From a virus (Duplodnaviria > Caudoviricetes): a DNA stretch of 64,000 nucleotides. Positions within the stretch are counted from its first letter, which is position 1. Each line of letters opens with the position of its first letter. Where the stretch lies: positions 14,387 to 78,386 of the IMG/VR virus record IMGVR_UViG_3300014039_000028. One strand, written 5' to 3'. Position numbers and translations under genes: made by a program. The notes beneath the pieces are model-generated. The model did not search any database and was not told the DNA's origin. It saw nothing but the letters and a program-made list of their open reading frames with translations. This document shows positions 29,051 through 40,256 of this stretch, piece by piece.

Positions 29051-30040
29051 ATGAAGTATTTCGCACAGTGCAAAAACCTTGAGGAACTCAAGAAGGAATT
29101 TAGACGGCTGGCCATGATCCACCATCCCGACAGGGGCGGCGACGTCGAGACCATGAAAGAGATCAATAACGAGTATGACATGATGTTTCCCGTGCTCAAG
29201 GCCAAGACAGCCGCGCAGAGCACCGAAACCGCCCAGAGCACCCGCAGCGAGTTTTACACCGCGAACGGCTGGAAGGGCGAACGGTACGAAGCCGGGCGCA
29301 GTCTCAAGGAAATAGCGCAGCTTGTCCGCGCGTACATTAAGGAATTTTTCCCGGACTACCGTTTCAGCGTCCGCACGGCCTACGCTTCCATGTGTCAGGA
29401 ACTTCACGTTGACATGAAAGAAGCCCCCGCGGAGATCTTCAAGACCTATGAGGAAATGACAGACGATGATATTTCCGAGTGTTGGCGGAAGGCCACCCGC
29501 AACAGTGTATGGACCCTCAACAGCTGGAACAAGGCCGAGGAGAAAGCCGAATTTGAAAGAATTTGGAGCAAGTACGGCGCATTTTACAAGTGCTTGACCG
29601 ACAAGACCCGCGCGACAGTGAAGGCCGTTGACGAGTATGTGAACAGCTTCAATTATGATGATTGCGATAGCATGATCGACTATTTTGACGTTAATTTCTA
29701 TTACTTCGGATGCCTGCAAAGCCCCGGCGCCGTGAAGATCGTTCCCCGCGCTCCAAGAGCCGAGAAGCGCCCCGCCAAGGCCGAGAGCAAAGCCCCAGCA
29801 CCGGCAGACAAGGCCGAGAAGCCCGAACAGATAGCCCCGGCAAAGCTCGCAGCGCTCCGCGTTGAGTTTAATACAGAACATGACGGGATCGAGGTTTATT
29901 TTAACTCCAAGCCCTCACAGGCCACACGTGACGCGCTCAAGGCCGCGGGGTATCGTTGGCATAGCGTTAAAAAATGCTGGTTCGCAAAACGCACCGAGGC
30001 GCATTTACAGGCGCTCAAAAAGATAGAAGACGCAGCATAA
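29051..30040 (+). CDS. J-domain (DnaJ-like) protein fused to an LPD29-like domain
   Basis: LKKEFRRLAMIHHPDRGGD (HPD motif); SFNYDDCDSMIDYFDVNFYY. Confidence 0.75.
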   Translation: MKYFAQCKNLEELKKEFRRLAMIHHPDRGGDVETMKEINNEYDMMFPVLKAKTAAQSTETAQSTRSEFYTANGWKGERYEAGRSLKEIAQLVRAYIKEFFPDYRFSVRTAYASMCQELHVDMKEAPAEIFKTYEEMTDDDISECWRKATRNSVWTLNSWNKAEEKAEFERIWSKYGAFYKCLTDKTRATVKAVDEYVNSFNYDDCDSMIDYFDVNFYYFGCLQSPGAVKIVPRAPRAEKRPAKAESKAPAPADKAEKPEQIAPAKLAALRVEFNTEHDGIEVYFNSKPSQATRDALKAAGYRWHSVKKCWFAKRTEAHLQALKKIEDAA

Positions 30041-30089
30041 AAGCCGGGCATTTGCCCGGCTTATTTTTTGAGAAAATGTAAAGTTATGC

Positions 30090-30118
30090 TTGACAATCAG
30101 TATATACTGATGTAAAAT
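30090..30118 (+). promoter_or_regulatory. Promoter with palindromic operator
   Basis: TTGACA-atcagtatatactgatg-TAAAAT; ATCAGTATATACTGAT is a perfect palindrome. Confidence 0.75.
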
Positions 30119-30159
30119 AGAATCATCCCAAAAGGGAAATCTAAAAAGGAGGTTAGGCA

Positions 30160-30276
30160 GTGGCAAAAAGGCAAAAGAAAGCCCCTGACAAGCTGGAGAT
30201 CGTCCGCGTGGTTTTGGAGATGCTGGCATACATCGCGACCATAGCGGCGGCAGTCTGGCAGATAGTCAAGAGCTAA
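30160..30276 (+). CDS. 38-aa basic-then-hydrophobic membrane peptide (MAKRQKKAPDKLEIVRVVLEMLAYIATIAAAVWQIVKS)
   Basis: Hand-translated; RBS AAGGAGGT, GTG start. Confidence 0.7.
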   Translation: MAKRQKKAPDKLEIVRVVLEMLAYIATIAAAVWQIVKS

Positions 30277-30344
30277 TCCGACAAGGGGCGCGGCGGCGTA
30301 AGCCGCCCGCCCTGCCTGAAGCCATTATAAGCCAATGTAAGAAG

Positions 30345-30503
30345 ATGTGCAAGCGAAAGTTTAGAAACTCGGCGTTATATCTGTTGTTTGCGCTCAACTG
30401 TGTAAATGCGATTAAGCAGGGCGCTAACTGGATCTTTTGGGTCTCCGCGGCGCTTGTCGCAGCTGTCGCAGTCCTTGACATTATGGAGGCCGTGAAGAAA
30501 TGA
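30345..30503 (+). CDS. 52-aa membrane peptide (MCKRKFRNSALYLLFALNCVNAIKQGANWIFWVSAALVAAVAVLDIMEAVKK)
   Basis: Hand-translated; two hydrophobic segments; overlaps the next start. Confidence 0.55.
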   Translation: MCKRKFRNSALYLLFALNCVNAIKQGANWIFWVSAALVAAVAVLDIMEAVKK

Positions 30504-30697
30504 GCGAACGACCGCAAGACCGATACAACAAGGCCAAGACAACAACGGTATTACTCCGGCTCAACAAGTCCACAGACACGGATGTTATTAACGCATTAGA
30601 ACAGCAGCCGAATAAATCAGGCTATATTAAATCATTGATCAGAGCAGACATTGAAAGGAGACAGAAAAATGAAGAAAATAATCAGCGATTGTTTTAA
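30500..30697 (+). CDS. RHH regulator/antitoxin-like protein
   Basis: RYNKAKTTTVLLRLNKSTDTDVINALEQQPNKSGYIKSLIRADI. Confidence 0.7.
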   Translation: MSERPQDRYNKAKTTTVLLRLNKSTDTDVINALEQQPNKSGYIKSLIRADIERRQKNEENNQRLF

Positions 30698-30911
30698 TCT
30701 TGGCGGCGAACGCCTTTATAACGGTGAGCAGCTTTTACAGACCGTCCGGGAATACGGCGATTATATCGACCTTGACAGCGGCGTAACGATAAAGGCAACC
30801 GGGGACGGCAGATATTATAACGATGCGGACGATCTCGACAGATACGCGGCGGTCTTTGATTGGGACGAAGACGCCGAGCAAGGCGAATTAATCGGATTCG
30901 TGCAGCTGTGA
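30669..30911 (+). CDS. Small acidic hypothetical protein
   Basis: MKKIISDCF..., RBS AAAGGAG. Confidence 0.5.
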   Translation: MKKIISDCFNLGGERLYNGEQLLQTVREYGDYIDLDSGVTIKATGDGRYYNDADDLDRYAAVFDWDEDAEQGELIGFVQL

Positions 30912-30919
30912 AACAACGC

Positions 30920-32240
30920 AATATAAAGCCCCTGAGACGGTCAGCAATGGCCGTCTTTTTTATCGCCCTTATGCAGATGTCGACCGGAGACACGATCCGC
31001 GCCCACGCCCTTTATTATATATTACTTAGATTATATATTATATATCTAAGATGTTATATATACTGTGTGTATAGGTATATATTAATAACCTATGTAATAT
31101 TAGAATATGCCGCCGTTCCCGTTCAGGACACCGAGCACCAGGAGCGCCCGCGCATGCGACCACCAAAGCCCGAACCAGACGCAAGGACGCGCCACAGCAG
31201 CCCGTAACAAGTGCCATATATCGCGCCCTATTCTTTATATGCCTTAGCCCCCCCAAGCCCAGCACCACACACGGCGGAGCTTTACACAGCCGCACAGCTC
31301 CCCCCCACCCTTTTATATATAAATATCTAAGATATATATTATATATATTTAAGATTTATAATATATGTGTGTATGTAATGTGTATATATCTCTATAGGTA
31401 TATATAAAATAAGCGCTACTAAGAAGAGAGAGCAAACACAAACAGAGAGAACATCACGCACAGCCGGAGCAAAGAGCAGAGCAATACCACAAAGAAAAGA
31501 GAGAACACCGCCAAGAGAAGCAAGGACACAGCAACACCCAACACAACACGCCGCTGACTGTCGAACCATGTTGATACAGTTCTTCAGACGGGGGAGTGTC
31601 GCCGATTCGCACTTGTTCACGATTTTGGGAGAAATCGCGAGATTTTGCGAGTTTTCAAAAGCTCCACAAAACCGCCGTCAGCGCAGCCGCGGCCGCTTAA
31701 CTCTAGTCATTTGTGTAATAATGACTAGAGATAGTGCCCCGCCCCCACTTCCAAAACCGCGCGGGGGCTTGATTTTTCAAGGTTTTCCGGTGGCAGTCCC
31801 ATTCTCTCACTCATTCACTTCCTCCCTCCAACCATCCCTCCTTTCCATCCCCTCCCCCCCTACTTAAAAATCGAATTTAAGATTTCAAAAGGTTCTCCGG
31901 GCGAAGTTGCTATTTATAGGTCAAATCCCCCTATTCAATTATAATCTGGTTGAAATGCAGATAATCATCCGCTCTGTTTTTGCGTTATTCGTGCCTGACG
32001 CGCTCTCTGGCGCATTTTGCACGTCTCGGCGGTGTAGTTTTATCCCTGAATATTAAAATCGATTTTAAGGTCGTTCTCGCGCGTTTTAAGACGCATTGTT
32101 TTTGAGTGACTTTCAGCCCACTCTCGGATAATAACCGGGTCACACTCAACAACGCTTCGTCTGTCGGTCGGGTATGGTTGAGATAGTGACCGGCGCAGAA
32201 CGCAAAAAAGAGGCCACCTCCGTAGAGATGACCTCTTGAT
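30920..32240. other. 1.3 kb non-coding convergence region with strongly skewed low-complexity blocks
   Basis: TA-rich blocks near 31010-31105 and 31310-31410, A/G-rich 31410-31555, C-rich 31735-31860. Confidence 0.7.
31701..31730. repeat. 11-8-11 inverted repeat resembling a tyrosine-recombinase site
   Basis: CTCTAGTCATT-tgtgtaat-AATGACTAGAG. Confidence 0.55.
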
Positions 32241-32243
32241 ATT

Positions 32244-33098
32244 TTACTCGCTATAATCTAATTCACCAGCCAACACATCGGGAACAATGGCTGTGACAAT
32301 TCTCCTCCCGCATCTTGGACAACGGAACGGATCAAATTTCCACAAGCGTACCATGCCCTCCGATTCCTTCTTACACGACAACGATGCGAGTGTGAACCCG
32401 CAGTGTTCGCATACCGGCTTGAACTTCATGGTCGTTATATCTGGCTCTTCGCCGAGGAAGGTTCCTTCAAGCAAATCCGTCGAGTGGTCAACCTCCGTAA
32501 ACCGCACCAGTTCGGCCATTGCGTCGTAGGCTTCCTGAGGAGTATCAAAGAGCATACCTCCCATCACCTCGTTTGCACCATCCGTGCATAAGAGGCACTC
32601 GCCCCAGCCGTCGTGATGGATACCGTAGCTCAAGCCGCTCCACGGGTCTGATTCGTATGCACAGCCGAGCTCACCATGATAGTTTCCCTCGTCATCATGC
32701 ACGCCGATGTGCAGCTTCTCCTTGCCGCAGAGCGGACACCTATACATCTTCGGCGTCCCGTTGAGAGCGCACACGATGCCGTAACAGTATACCTCGCCCT
32801 CCTCCATGATTTTGAACTCTGCGTGCGGTAGCTCAGTCTCGTATGCCCATGAGCAGTCTCTTCCTTCGGGGCACCACACTGCTTTGATGGGCAGGGAACG
32901 TCCTTCTCCACGCTTGAGCACACCGCCCTCGAAACAGTCGCACTCTCCGTCTATTGCGCCCCTCAACTCTGCGAGGTCGTCGGATGCGCCGAACACGACG
33001 AGGAAATCCAGATTTTCTGCGAGGATTGCTTCATCTTCCGTTATCTCATTACCATACTGCCGCCCATCAAGTTTCGCGGCAAATTCTTCAACTGTCAT
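32244..33098 (-). CDS. Hypothetical multi-module phage protein
   Basis: 284 aa with FGASDDLAELRGAI domain and Cys-rich segments. Confidence 0.6.
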   Translation of the reverse strand: MTVEEFAAKLDGRQYGNEITEDEAILAENLDFLVVFGASDDLAELRGAIDGECDCFEGGVLKRGEGRSLPIKAVWCPEGRDCSWAYETELPHAEFKIMEEGEVYCYGIVCALNGTPKMYRCPLCGKEKLHIGVHDDEGNYHGELGCAYESDPWSGLSYGIHHDGWGECLLCTDGANEVMGGMLFDTPQEAYDAMAELVRFTEVDHSTDLLEGTFLGEEPDITTMKFKPVCEHCGFTLASLSCKKESEGMVRLWKFDPFRCPRCGRRIVTAIVPDVLAGELDYSE

Positions 33099-33739
33099 TT
33101 CTTGTCCACCTCGTCTATAAAGGTCGCCGCCTCATCTGCGACGTGCAGGAAGAACGCCAGCGGATTGCGTCGGAAAGTATCTCCCGCTGCTCTGGCTTCA
33201 CCCTCCTGCCATGAACTCATGTGATAGCGGATTGCGGTCGCTTCGTCTACTGACAGAGACATGAACCGCTGGAGAATGAAAACGCTCTTTTCCCCGTGGC
33301 CGTAGATGAGCTTCTCGTCGATCTCATAAGCCTGTACTGTCTCCCAAATGAAATCTCCAACTGCGTCGTGCTTTACTGTCCACTTCTCCGCAGCGGCAAC
33401 CTTTTCAGGATCGTATATTTTCTGGTTACGGCAGCTCGGCTTGTACATATTGGCTTTGCAGAGATCGTGGAAAAGCGCGACAATGGCTATGGTTTCTTCG
33501 GTATATGGGCAGTTCTCGCCATATTCCTCGTGCAGAAGTCTGCACAGTCTCCCGTATACATTCAAACTGTGCTCGCACAGTCCACCCGGAACTGCGAGGT
33601 GATGACGCGAACTCGCCGGGGCTTCAAAGAAGTCCGAGTGCAGGTCAAGCCACGCTATCAGCCCGGTCGTGTTGTCGCGGGTGATGTTTTCCAAGACGAT
33701 ATTGACAAACCCTTCCTTGTTTTTCTCGATGTTAATCAT
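33095..33739 (-). CDS. HD-domain phosphohydrolase
   Basis: APASSRHHL...GGLCEHSLNV...ALFHDLCK...HG...AIRYHM...LHVAD. Confidence 0.85.
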   Translation of the reverse strand: MINIEKNKEGFVNIVLENITRDNTTGLIAWLDLHSDFFEAPASSRHHLAVPGGLCEHSLNVYGRLCRLLHEEYGENCPYTEETIAIVALFHDLCKANMYKPSCRNQKIYDPEKVAAAEKWTVKHDAVGDFIWETVQAYEIDEKLIYGHGEKSVFILQRFMSLSVDEATAIRYHMSSWQEGEARAAGDTFRRNPLAFFLHVADEAATFIDEVDKK

Positions 33740-33762
33740 TTTGTTCTGTTCCTCCATAAATT

Positions 33763-36700
33763 TCAGTCGCTTATCGCGAAGTTGATATTATTGGTCAAGC
33801 TCACCTCAAGCCATTTCAACTCTTCAGCCGTCAGTATGCGATTGGTCGCGCGCAAGATAACCGCTGTCGTCCGATTCGGACAAGCTACACATTCGCATCG
33901 GTGCAAACTGCTCGACTCGTTCACCCTGAACGGGCAGTTGCTGGCGTAGCACTCCATTACTCGATCTCCTGCAACCAAAATTCGCGACGGCAATCCGGAC
34001 AATATTTGTTAATAGTCATGCAGCTTCCATCTTCGCCGCGATGGCGCGGTACAAGCTCATTTGGGCAAATATCCAACACGCCATCGGCTCTTACTCGAGC
34101 GTCAGGCCACTGTTTCAGAAATTCGCTCTGCCGAGTCTTGACAGGGTTCCGTTTAGACCATTGTTCAACTATTCCAACCATTTCCTCAGGACGGTTATAG
34201 AGAAGTTGTATACACGATATGCCAACGCTGAGGCTCTCTCCGAGGGGACAATAACGACATGTCGTTCTAAATGCTTGGCACATGCGATTTCTCTCTTTTG
34301 CAAATTCAACTGCGTCCATCATTTACCCTCCATTTCTCGCCGCAGCGCTGCTCCCATCTTTACCATCTCTTCCAGCGTTGGTGCGTGTTCGCACACGAAA
34401 CTGCCACTGAGGGCACAACTCCAACACATAATTCCTCCTGTAAGCGCCCAGCACCGATTGCACAACACTCGGCAATCTTCCTTGAGGTTGGTGTTTTCTT
34501 CTTCCAGAGAGCCCACCTTTTCCCGATACTGCTTTTTCAGCTTCGACAGCTCCGCCTTGAGCCTTTTATTTTCCTCGGTCGCGTCCGAGGACATCTTGTT
34601 GCGAAATTCATTTAAGTCCATTTGTTACTCTCCTTTCCGCATGCGAGCAAAAATCTTTTGGGTATGGATTTTGTAGCCCGTCTTCATGCACGCAAAATCC
34701 ATTGCCAGTGAGCGCATACATGCTGAAGAAATTACATTCTTCACACCTTACCACTTTTATGACATCCGCTGCTGGGACATCGTTTATGGCCTTTGCAATT
34801 CGGCCAGTGCTTGTCTGCCCAAGCCACACCTCTTTTACTGCTGCTTGCGTAGCCGCTTCACGTTCTATGTACTCAGTCATTATTTTTTCTCCATTCTGAG
34901 CATCCGCCATTGTTCTTCCATACGCAGCGGTCGCATTTGCCGTAGCACTTTTTATGTTCAGCCATTGTTATTGCCTCTCTGCTGAACGGACTATTTGGAA
35001 GTGGCAGCAGATGCGATTTACAGTGTACTCAACACCATATCGGAAATCCATGTCGGTTCCGGCTACATCGTCAGTGTGATAGTCCGCATAAATCTCTTCA
35101 AGAATTTTCCGCAGTTTCTTCTTTGTGATAAGTCCGAACATTTTTACCTCCTATTCGTCGCTCTTTTTCATTCCAAGCGAGCAAAAATCATTACACCTTG
35201 TTGTGACGGTTCCGAATCGTTCACACTTGCCGTAGTCTCGGTTGACCTGTGTATGTCTTTGCCAAAATTGGCAGTCTTTGCACCTAACCACTGGAACTGC
35301 GTCGACGGTAGGTGCAGAAAACAAGTCATCAACTTTCAGAAACCACTCATTTTTAGGGAAACATCCAAATTCAGTCTGAAAGCTGTATTTCTTCTTTTTG
35401 TTGAGTCTATCCGCGTCAATCAGCCGCATTGTCATCGTCTCCCCTTCTCTGCAATGCGGCAACATCTTTATCCCAGCAGTCTTTCGGGAATCTATCGTTC
35501 ATCAGGTGTATCATCCCTTTCTCTCGGAAACGCTATGATTGCACCTTCGTACAGTTTGCTCCTGTCAACTTCGCAACTGTCAAAGAGTATTCCCCGTGGC
35601 CTTCCACATGCAATAGCCACGCTGGCGGCTATCACGTCGTCGGGAATATCAAGTGTTATTTTCATCTCTGCTCCCCCTTACCACCCGTAAAAGAGCACGG
35701 TTTGGGTCTCCCAGTCTATCGCCTTATACAGCCTGACCAACTCGAAAATCTGGTGTTCGTACTGCCATGAGCCGCATATGAATTCATGCGTTTCATCAAG
35801 GTCAATAGCGCCGAGCCTCTCCCACCATTTAAGTTTTTCGGTGATAAAGTCGCGTATTTTATCTATGCTCTTGATGTCATCCCGCTCTATGGAAAAACCT
35901 CCCGGAAGAAGTTGCTTTCCGCCGTCCACAAGTAAGTCTTTATACGCCTCTATGATTTTGCGCTTGTATATCTCGATAGCTTCAAGCACACCGGGCTTAC
36001 CAACGACATACGGATCATAGTCCGAAACGTCCGCCTGAACTTCTTTGCCTGTAAACAGCGGTTCGCCTTTGCTATAAATCCGGTCTGCCGTATCGTCCCA
36101 ATACAGTTTCCCAAATTCAAAGATTTCCTTTTTGTCAAGAAACTTGTCGTCGTTAAACGAGAACCATCCGTTCCCAGCTTCTACACCCTTTGATTTTGCG
36201 TAGTCGCAAAGCTCATTCAAGGTCATGTTCTTGACCTCTTCGCACTTGCTTTTATCAACAAGATAAAAATAATGTCTATATCCCATTTTCACTTTCCTTT
36301 CTGAACATCACTACCCGAACCACATCATCGATCTGCACTTCCGTGTCCTCAAAGGGGAACTGGCCGCAATGCGGGCAGACAATAGTGTCGTGCACTTCGT
36401 CGAGGCCGAGTTCGCCGCCAACCCAAAGAGGTGTGGTATCAACTATCACAGCGCCGTTATCCATTTCCGTAAAGGAATGTTTTGTGATCGTGTTTCCACC
36501 GTCAAAATTCTCCATCACAAGCTCTATTGCAGTGAGCTCACGACCGCACTTTTCGCACTTCATTTTCTCTGCCCTCCCATCTGCCCCCACAAATCCTTCA
36601 ACGCAAGTTCCGTAAAGAATTTGTCCGAATACGCCGAACATCTGTTTTCGGGGTCGACCCACTGTGAGAAGCGTGTGCACCTGATCTTATCGTCTATTTT

Positions 36701-38895
36701 TCTTTTGGGATTCGCGTACTCGCAGTATTGGCACTGCACTTTATACGTCATCGCGTTCGCACATCCAGTCATCATTTGCTACACCCGACCTTTTGCCCTT
36801 TTGGCGGATTGGGCAGCGGCATCCAATGAGAGACGAATTTGTTGAGTGCCCAGCCTTTTGAGATTTGAATTTCACAATCCGAACCTGCCATATCCGGGAG
36901 ATATGCCAGAACACGCTCGTCCTCCTCTGGCAGTTTGTCCTCGACTTTTGTCCACTTGGACGCGGGGGCGTCAGCATCCTCCTCAAGCCTCTGCATCCAC
37001 TCGCACTCAGATGGCTCGCAAGGTTGGTCCGAGTGAAACTCATTGCACATATTGCAGATGATCGTCTTGGCTGTTTCGATTTTCGTATGTCCGTTCATTC
37101 TTTTCCCTCCATAAGTTACAACTGAGTCTGTTGTTGGAGGCGGCGGAATACTCGACGCATCGCTCCATCCAGTCGGTTGATATCCCCCGCTTCGGCGTTC
37201 GATGTCTGGCCGCTGAACACCACATTTTCTTCTATAAATGCAGTCACTCGTCATCTTCTACCTCCGCTATCCACATACTTATTTCTTTCTCTGCCGCGTC
37301 TAATGCCTCGTCCAGTGTCCGCCCTTTCCATTCATAATGCCGCGCGGGGCCGAGCACGTAGCAATGAAGACTGATTACATACCAGTTGGGAGCGTCCTCT
37401 CCGCTTCCCGCCAGTTCAAAGTAGTCCGGGAACTCAAACAGCAGCTCCATGTGCCCCTCATACGTCTTACAACAGGGGTCTATTTCGAGCGCTTTCTTTA
37501 TTCCAGCCATAACTTTCCGACGCAGCGCAAGGAATCTCTTATACGATTTTTCCACTTAGATTCTCACCTCACCGCTTAATCAATTTCAGCCACAAGGCAT
37601 CCGCGATTGAGAACAGCGCCCATATTCCGAAAAATTCGGTTTTGGGCTCTACGTCGTTCATGTCATACCAAATTGCCACCAAGAAAAACAAAAGACTCAT
37701 CCGCAGTCCCTCTTCACTCATAAAGCCCAAGACTCACAAACAGTCTCTTGGCTTCCTCGTCATACGCCTTATAATCCGGGTACTTGTCCAAAATGTCAGC
37801 GTACTTACACTTCTTCTGTCCCCCACATGCCTTGCGGTCTTTGCAATATACGCAGCCGTATTTCTTCTGCGAGTCCGGATTAACACCTACATACCCCTCC
37901 GAGCTGCCCAAGCCCTCGCGCGAGCCTTTTCGCTCTCTGGTACATCCGCAGTTTCTGACTCGTCCCGTGCGGATATCATATCCACGGCGGACAAATGTTT
38001 TCCCGCATATCCGACAGCGGCAGTTGAAATACGCACCCAAAGACCCACCGGAGCGCTTTTCGTTGTAACTCAGGACTTCTATGTCGTGGAATGTCTGCCC
38101 TGATATGTCGATGATTTTCATGTTGTCTCCTCTATTGTCTCAAGCAAAGCGATCAGCCCGAAAAACGACCTCGGATTTATCCCAGTCTTTTCCTTTGCCG
38201 CTGTCAAATGAAATTCCACTGTGGAGTTGTTCATGTTCAGCGCTCTGGCCGTAGCTGTGGCGTTCATATTGTTTTCGGCATAAGTGCAAATTACGCGCTT
38301 GCACTTCTCGGTTAATGGCCGTGGGCATTTGTCCATTCGGCTCCCCTCCTCTCTGCATAATGCGAATATTTATTCATCCGGTAAAAATTCTGCGGGGCAT
38401 ATCATATTTGTCTCTATCAGGAACGCCAATTTGAACTGTGGTACGGTAAAAATGCCCTCTTCCACAAGAACTTCTACACCGTGCTTCAGCGCTTCTCCAT
38501 CAATCACGGTTCCTTGCGGATAGCCAATAAACTGCGTGACAAAACGCTTTACCGCTTCAAATTGTTCGCTCGAAGCCCACACGATAGTCCCTCACTTCCG
38601 ACATGTCTACAACTCTCAACCTTGCTTGGTAATGGAAATCACCAGAACCGTCCTGCCAGAATCTCCACTCTATGAAACGGCTAAGCTCCTTGGATGTAAC
38701 GAGCTTTTCTACGAGATCCTTCTCGCCGAACTCCTTTATAATATCTTCGCCGAAGGTTTCCATCTCTTCGCGTGAATATATCCTTGTAGCTACGAAAGTT
38801 TCAGGCCGCAAATTGATCCGAACAACTTTAGGCGGCGGCAGTTGTTCTGTATACCCACCCAGTTTGCGTATGATCCAGCGCTTAATTTTGTTCAT
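33763..38895 (-). other. Run of about 15 small hypothetical genes, many Cys-rich; includes AP2/HNH-adjacent-like 37714-38121 and PucR/CdaR-HTH-like 38118-38336
   Basis: Overlapping stop/start ORFs in the track; functions not assignable. Confidence 0.55.
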
Positions 38896-39595
38896 CGTTC
38901 ATTCTCCCCTCCATCACAAAAAGACTTTGCTGTGCCGTATATTCGTTGAAGCGCTCTTCTTGAAGCTTGAAATACGTTGGGTCTATTTCGCAGCCCACGA
39001 AATCAAGTCCTGCGTCATAGGCCGCGATTCGGCTGCTGCCGCTTCCGAGATGCGTGTCAAGGATCCGGTCTCCGGGTTTCGCGTAGTTTTTGAAAATCCA
39101 CCGATAGAGTGCGACTGCCTTTTGCGTAGGATGAATCTGTTTCTCGTTCAGCTTTTTGTTCCCCTGCTGAATCGTGCCCTCTTCAACGCTCTTCCCTTGC
39201 AGCATTCCATTCCACATGAAGCGGAATATCCTGACGCTGGTAAAGAGGTCTGTCGCGGCCAGCTCACAGTCGGAAAAACTGCTTGAGGAATTGCACTTGT
39301 CCCACACGATTCGCCCCGGCGCGAAGCGATAGTCAAAGTAATTGCATCCCCACACTATGTAATGCTTGGCAACGCGCCGAAGTTCCTCAAAATATTCCGC
39401 GTTTGGAATGTCCCACTGTGGGGAGATGGGATAATCCCTGTGAACGCCGATTTTGCTGACACGGCTCCCGTAATAGCCGCGCCTTTCCGGTCCTGAGAAA
39501 TATGGCGGGTCAACTACTGCGAGGTCGAACGCCTTGTCAGGAACTGTGCGCATGTACTCCATGCAGTCGCAGTTGACTACTATGCTTTCGCTCAT
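38882..39595 (-). CDS. DNA amino-methyltransferase (N6-A/N4-C, beta class)
   Basis: VVDPPY (motif IV), IHPTQK, ILDTHLGSGS (motif I). Confidence 0.9.
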   Translation of the reverse strand: MSESIVVNCDCMEYMRTVPDKAFDLAVVDPPYFSGPERRGYYGSRVSKIGVHRDYPISPQWDIPNAEYFEELRRVAKHYIVWGCNYFDYRFAPGRIVWDKCNSSSSFSDCELAATDLFTSVRIFRFMWNGMLQGKSVEEGTIQQGNKKLNEKQIHPTQKAVALYRWIFKNYAKPGDRILDTHLGSGSSRIAAYDAGLDFVGCEIDPTYFKLQEERFNEYTAQQSLFVMEGRMNDEQN

Positions 39596-39607
39596 TTCAT
39601 CACTCCC

Positions 39608-40138
39608 TTACACTTCATCTCCCCATGCGTCCCAGCCGGGGAATCGTTCTCTCGCAAATATCTCTATGCGCGGCTCATAGCTCACCAGTTCTATCATGCG
39701 GCGCATTTCTTCGGGCTTGCGGCTGTGCACCGTTTTGGGTGCATAGAATCCCGTTTTTCCCTGACAGCGTTTACCTTCGGGAGAAACTTTGTAAGGCAAG
39801 CGCTTTTTCGTCGTGGCAAATATGCAATGTTCAGTCAGTCCTCTGTAATACTGTCCCAAGCCCTGCTGGTTTTTCATCCACGTTATCGTTGTCACATACT
39901 CGAATCCCCACGCCTTCACGCATTCAATGGCGGCGGGTAGATAATTATTGGTAGCCCAGCAGTACAGATGGCACCCGTCAGGGGCTGCAAGTTGCATGAC
40001 CGGGAGCGCCTTGATCTCGGCAACAGACATCAAACTGTAGTGCTTGTCCGCTCCGCGCTTGATTTTGCCGCCTCCCCGCTCTGGCCACGGCGGGTCTATG
40101 TAGATTGTGCGGTATTTGTCACTTGGAAAGTCGTTCAT
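39608..40138 (-). CDS. MT-A70 family adenine methyltransferase
   Basis: YRTIYIDPPW, HYSLMS, HSRKPEE, RIEIFARERFPGWDAWGDE. Confidence 0.9.
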   Translation of the reverse strand: MNDFPSDKYRTIYIDPPWPERGGGKIKRGADKHYSLMSVAEIKALPVMQLAAPDGCHLYCWATNNYLPAAIECVKAWGFEYVTTITWMKNQQGLGQYYRGLTEHCIFATTKKRLPYKVSPEGKRCQGKTGFYAPKTVHSRKPEEMRRMIELVSYEPRIEIFARERFPGWDAWGDEV

Positions 40139-40256
40139 ACGCCCTCCTTGATTTTGAAAAACTGACAGCCGCGGCCTTTATCGCAGTCGTTGGCGCAGAA
40201 CCGGCATGGATTCGCATCGAGCACCAACAGTTTGACGATTCGGCACAGCCGTTCTT

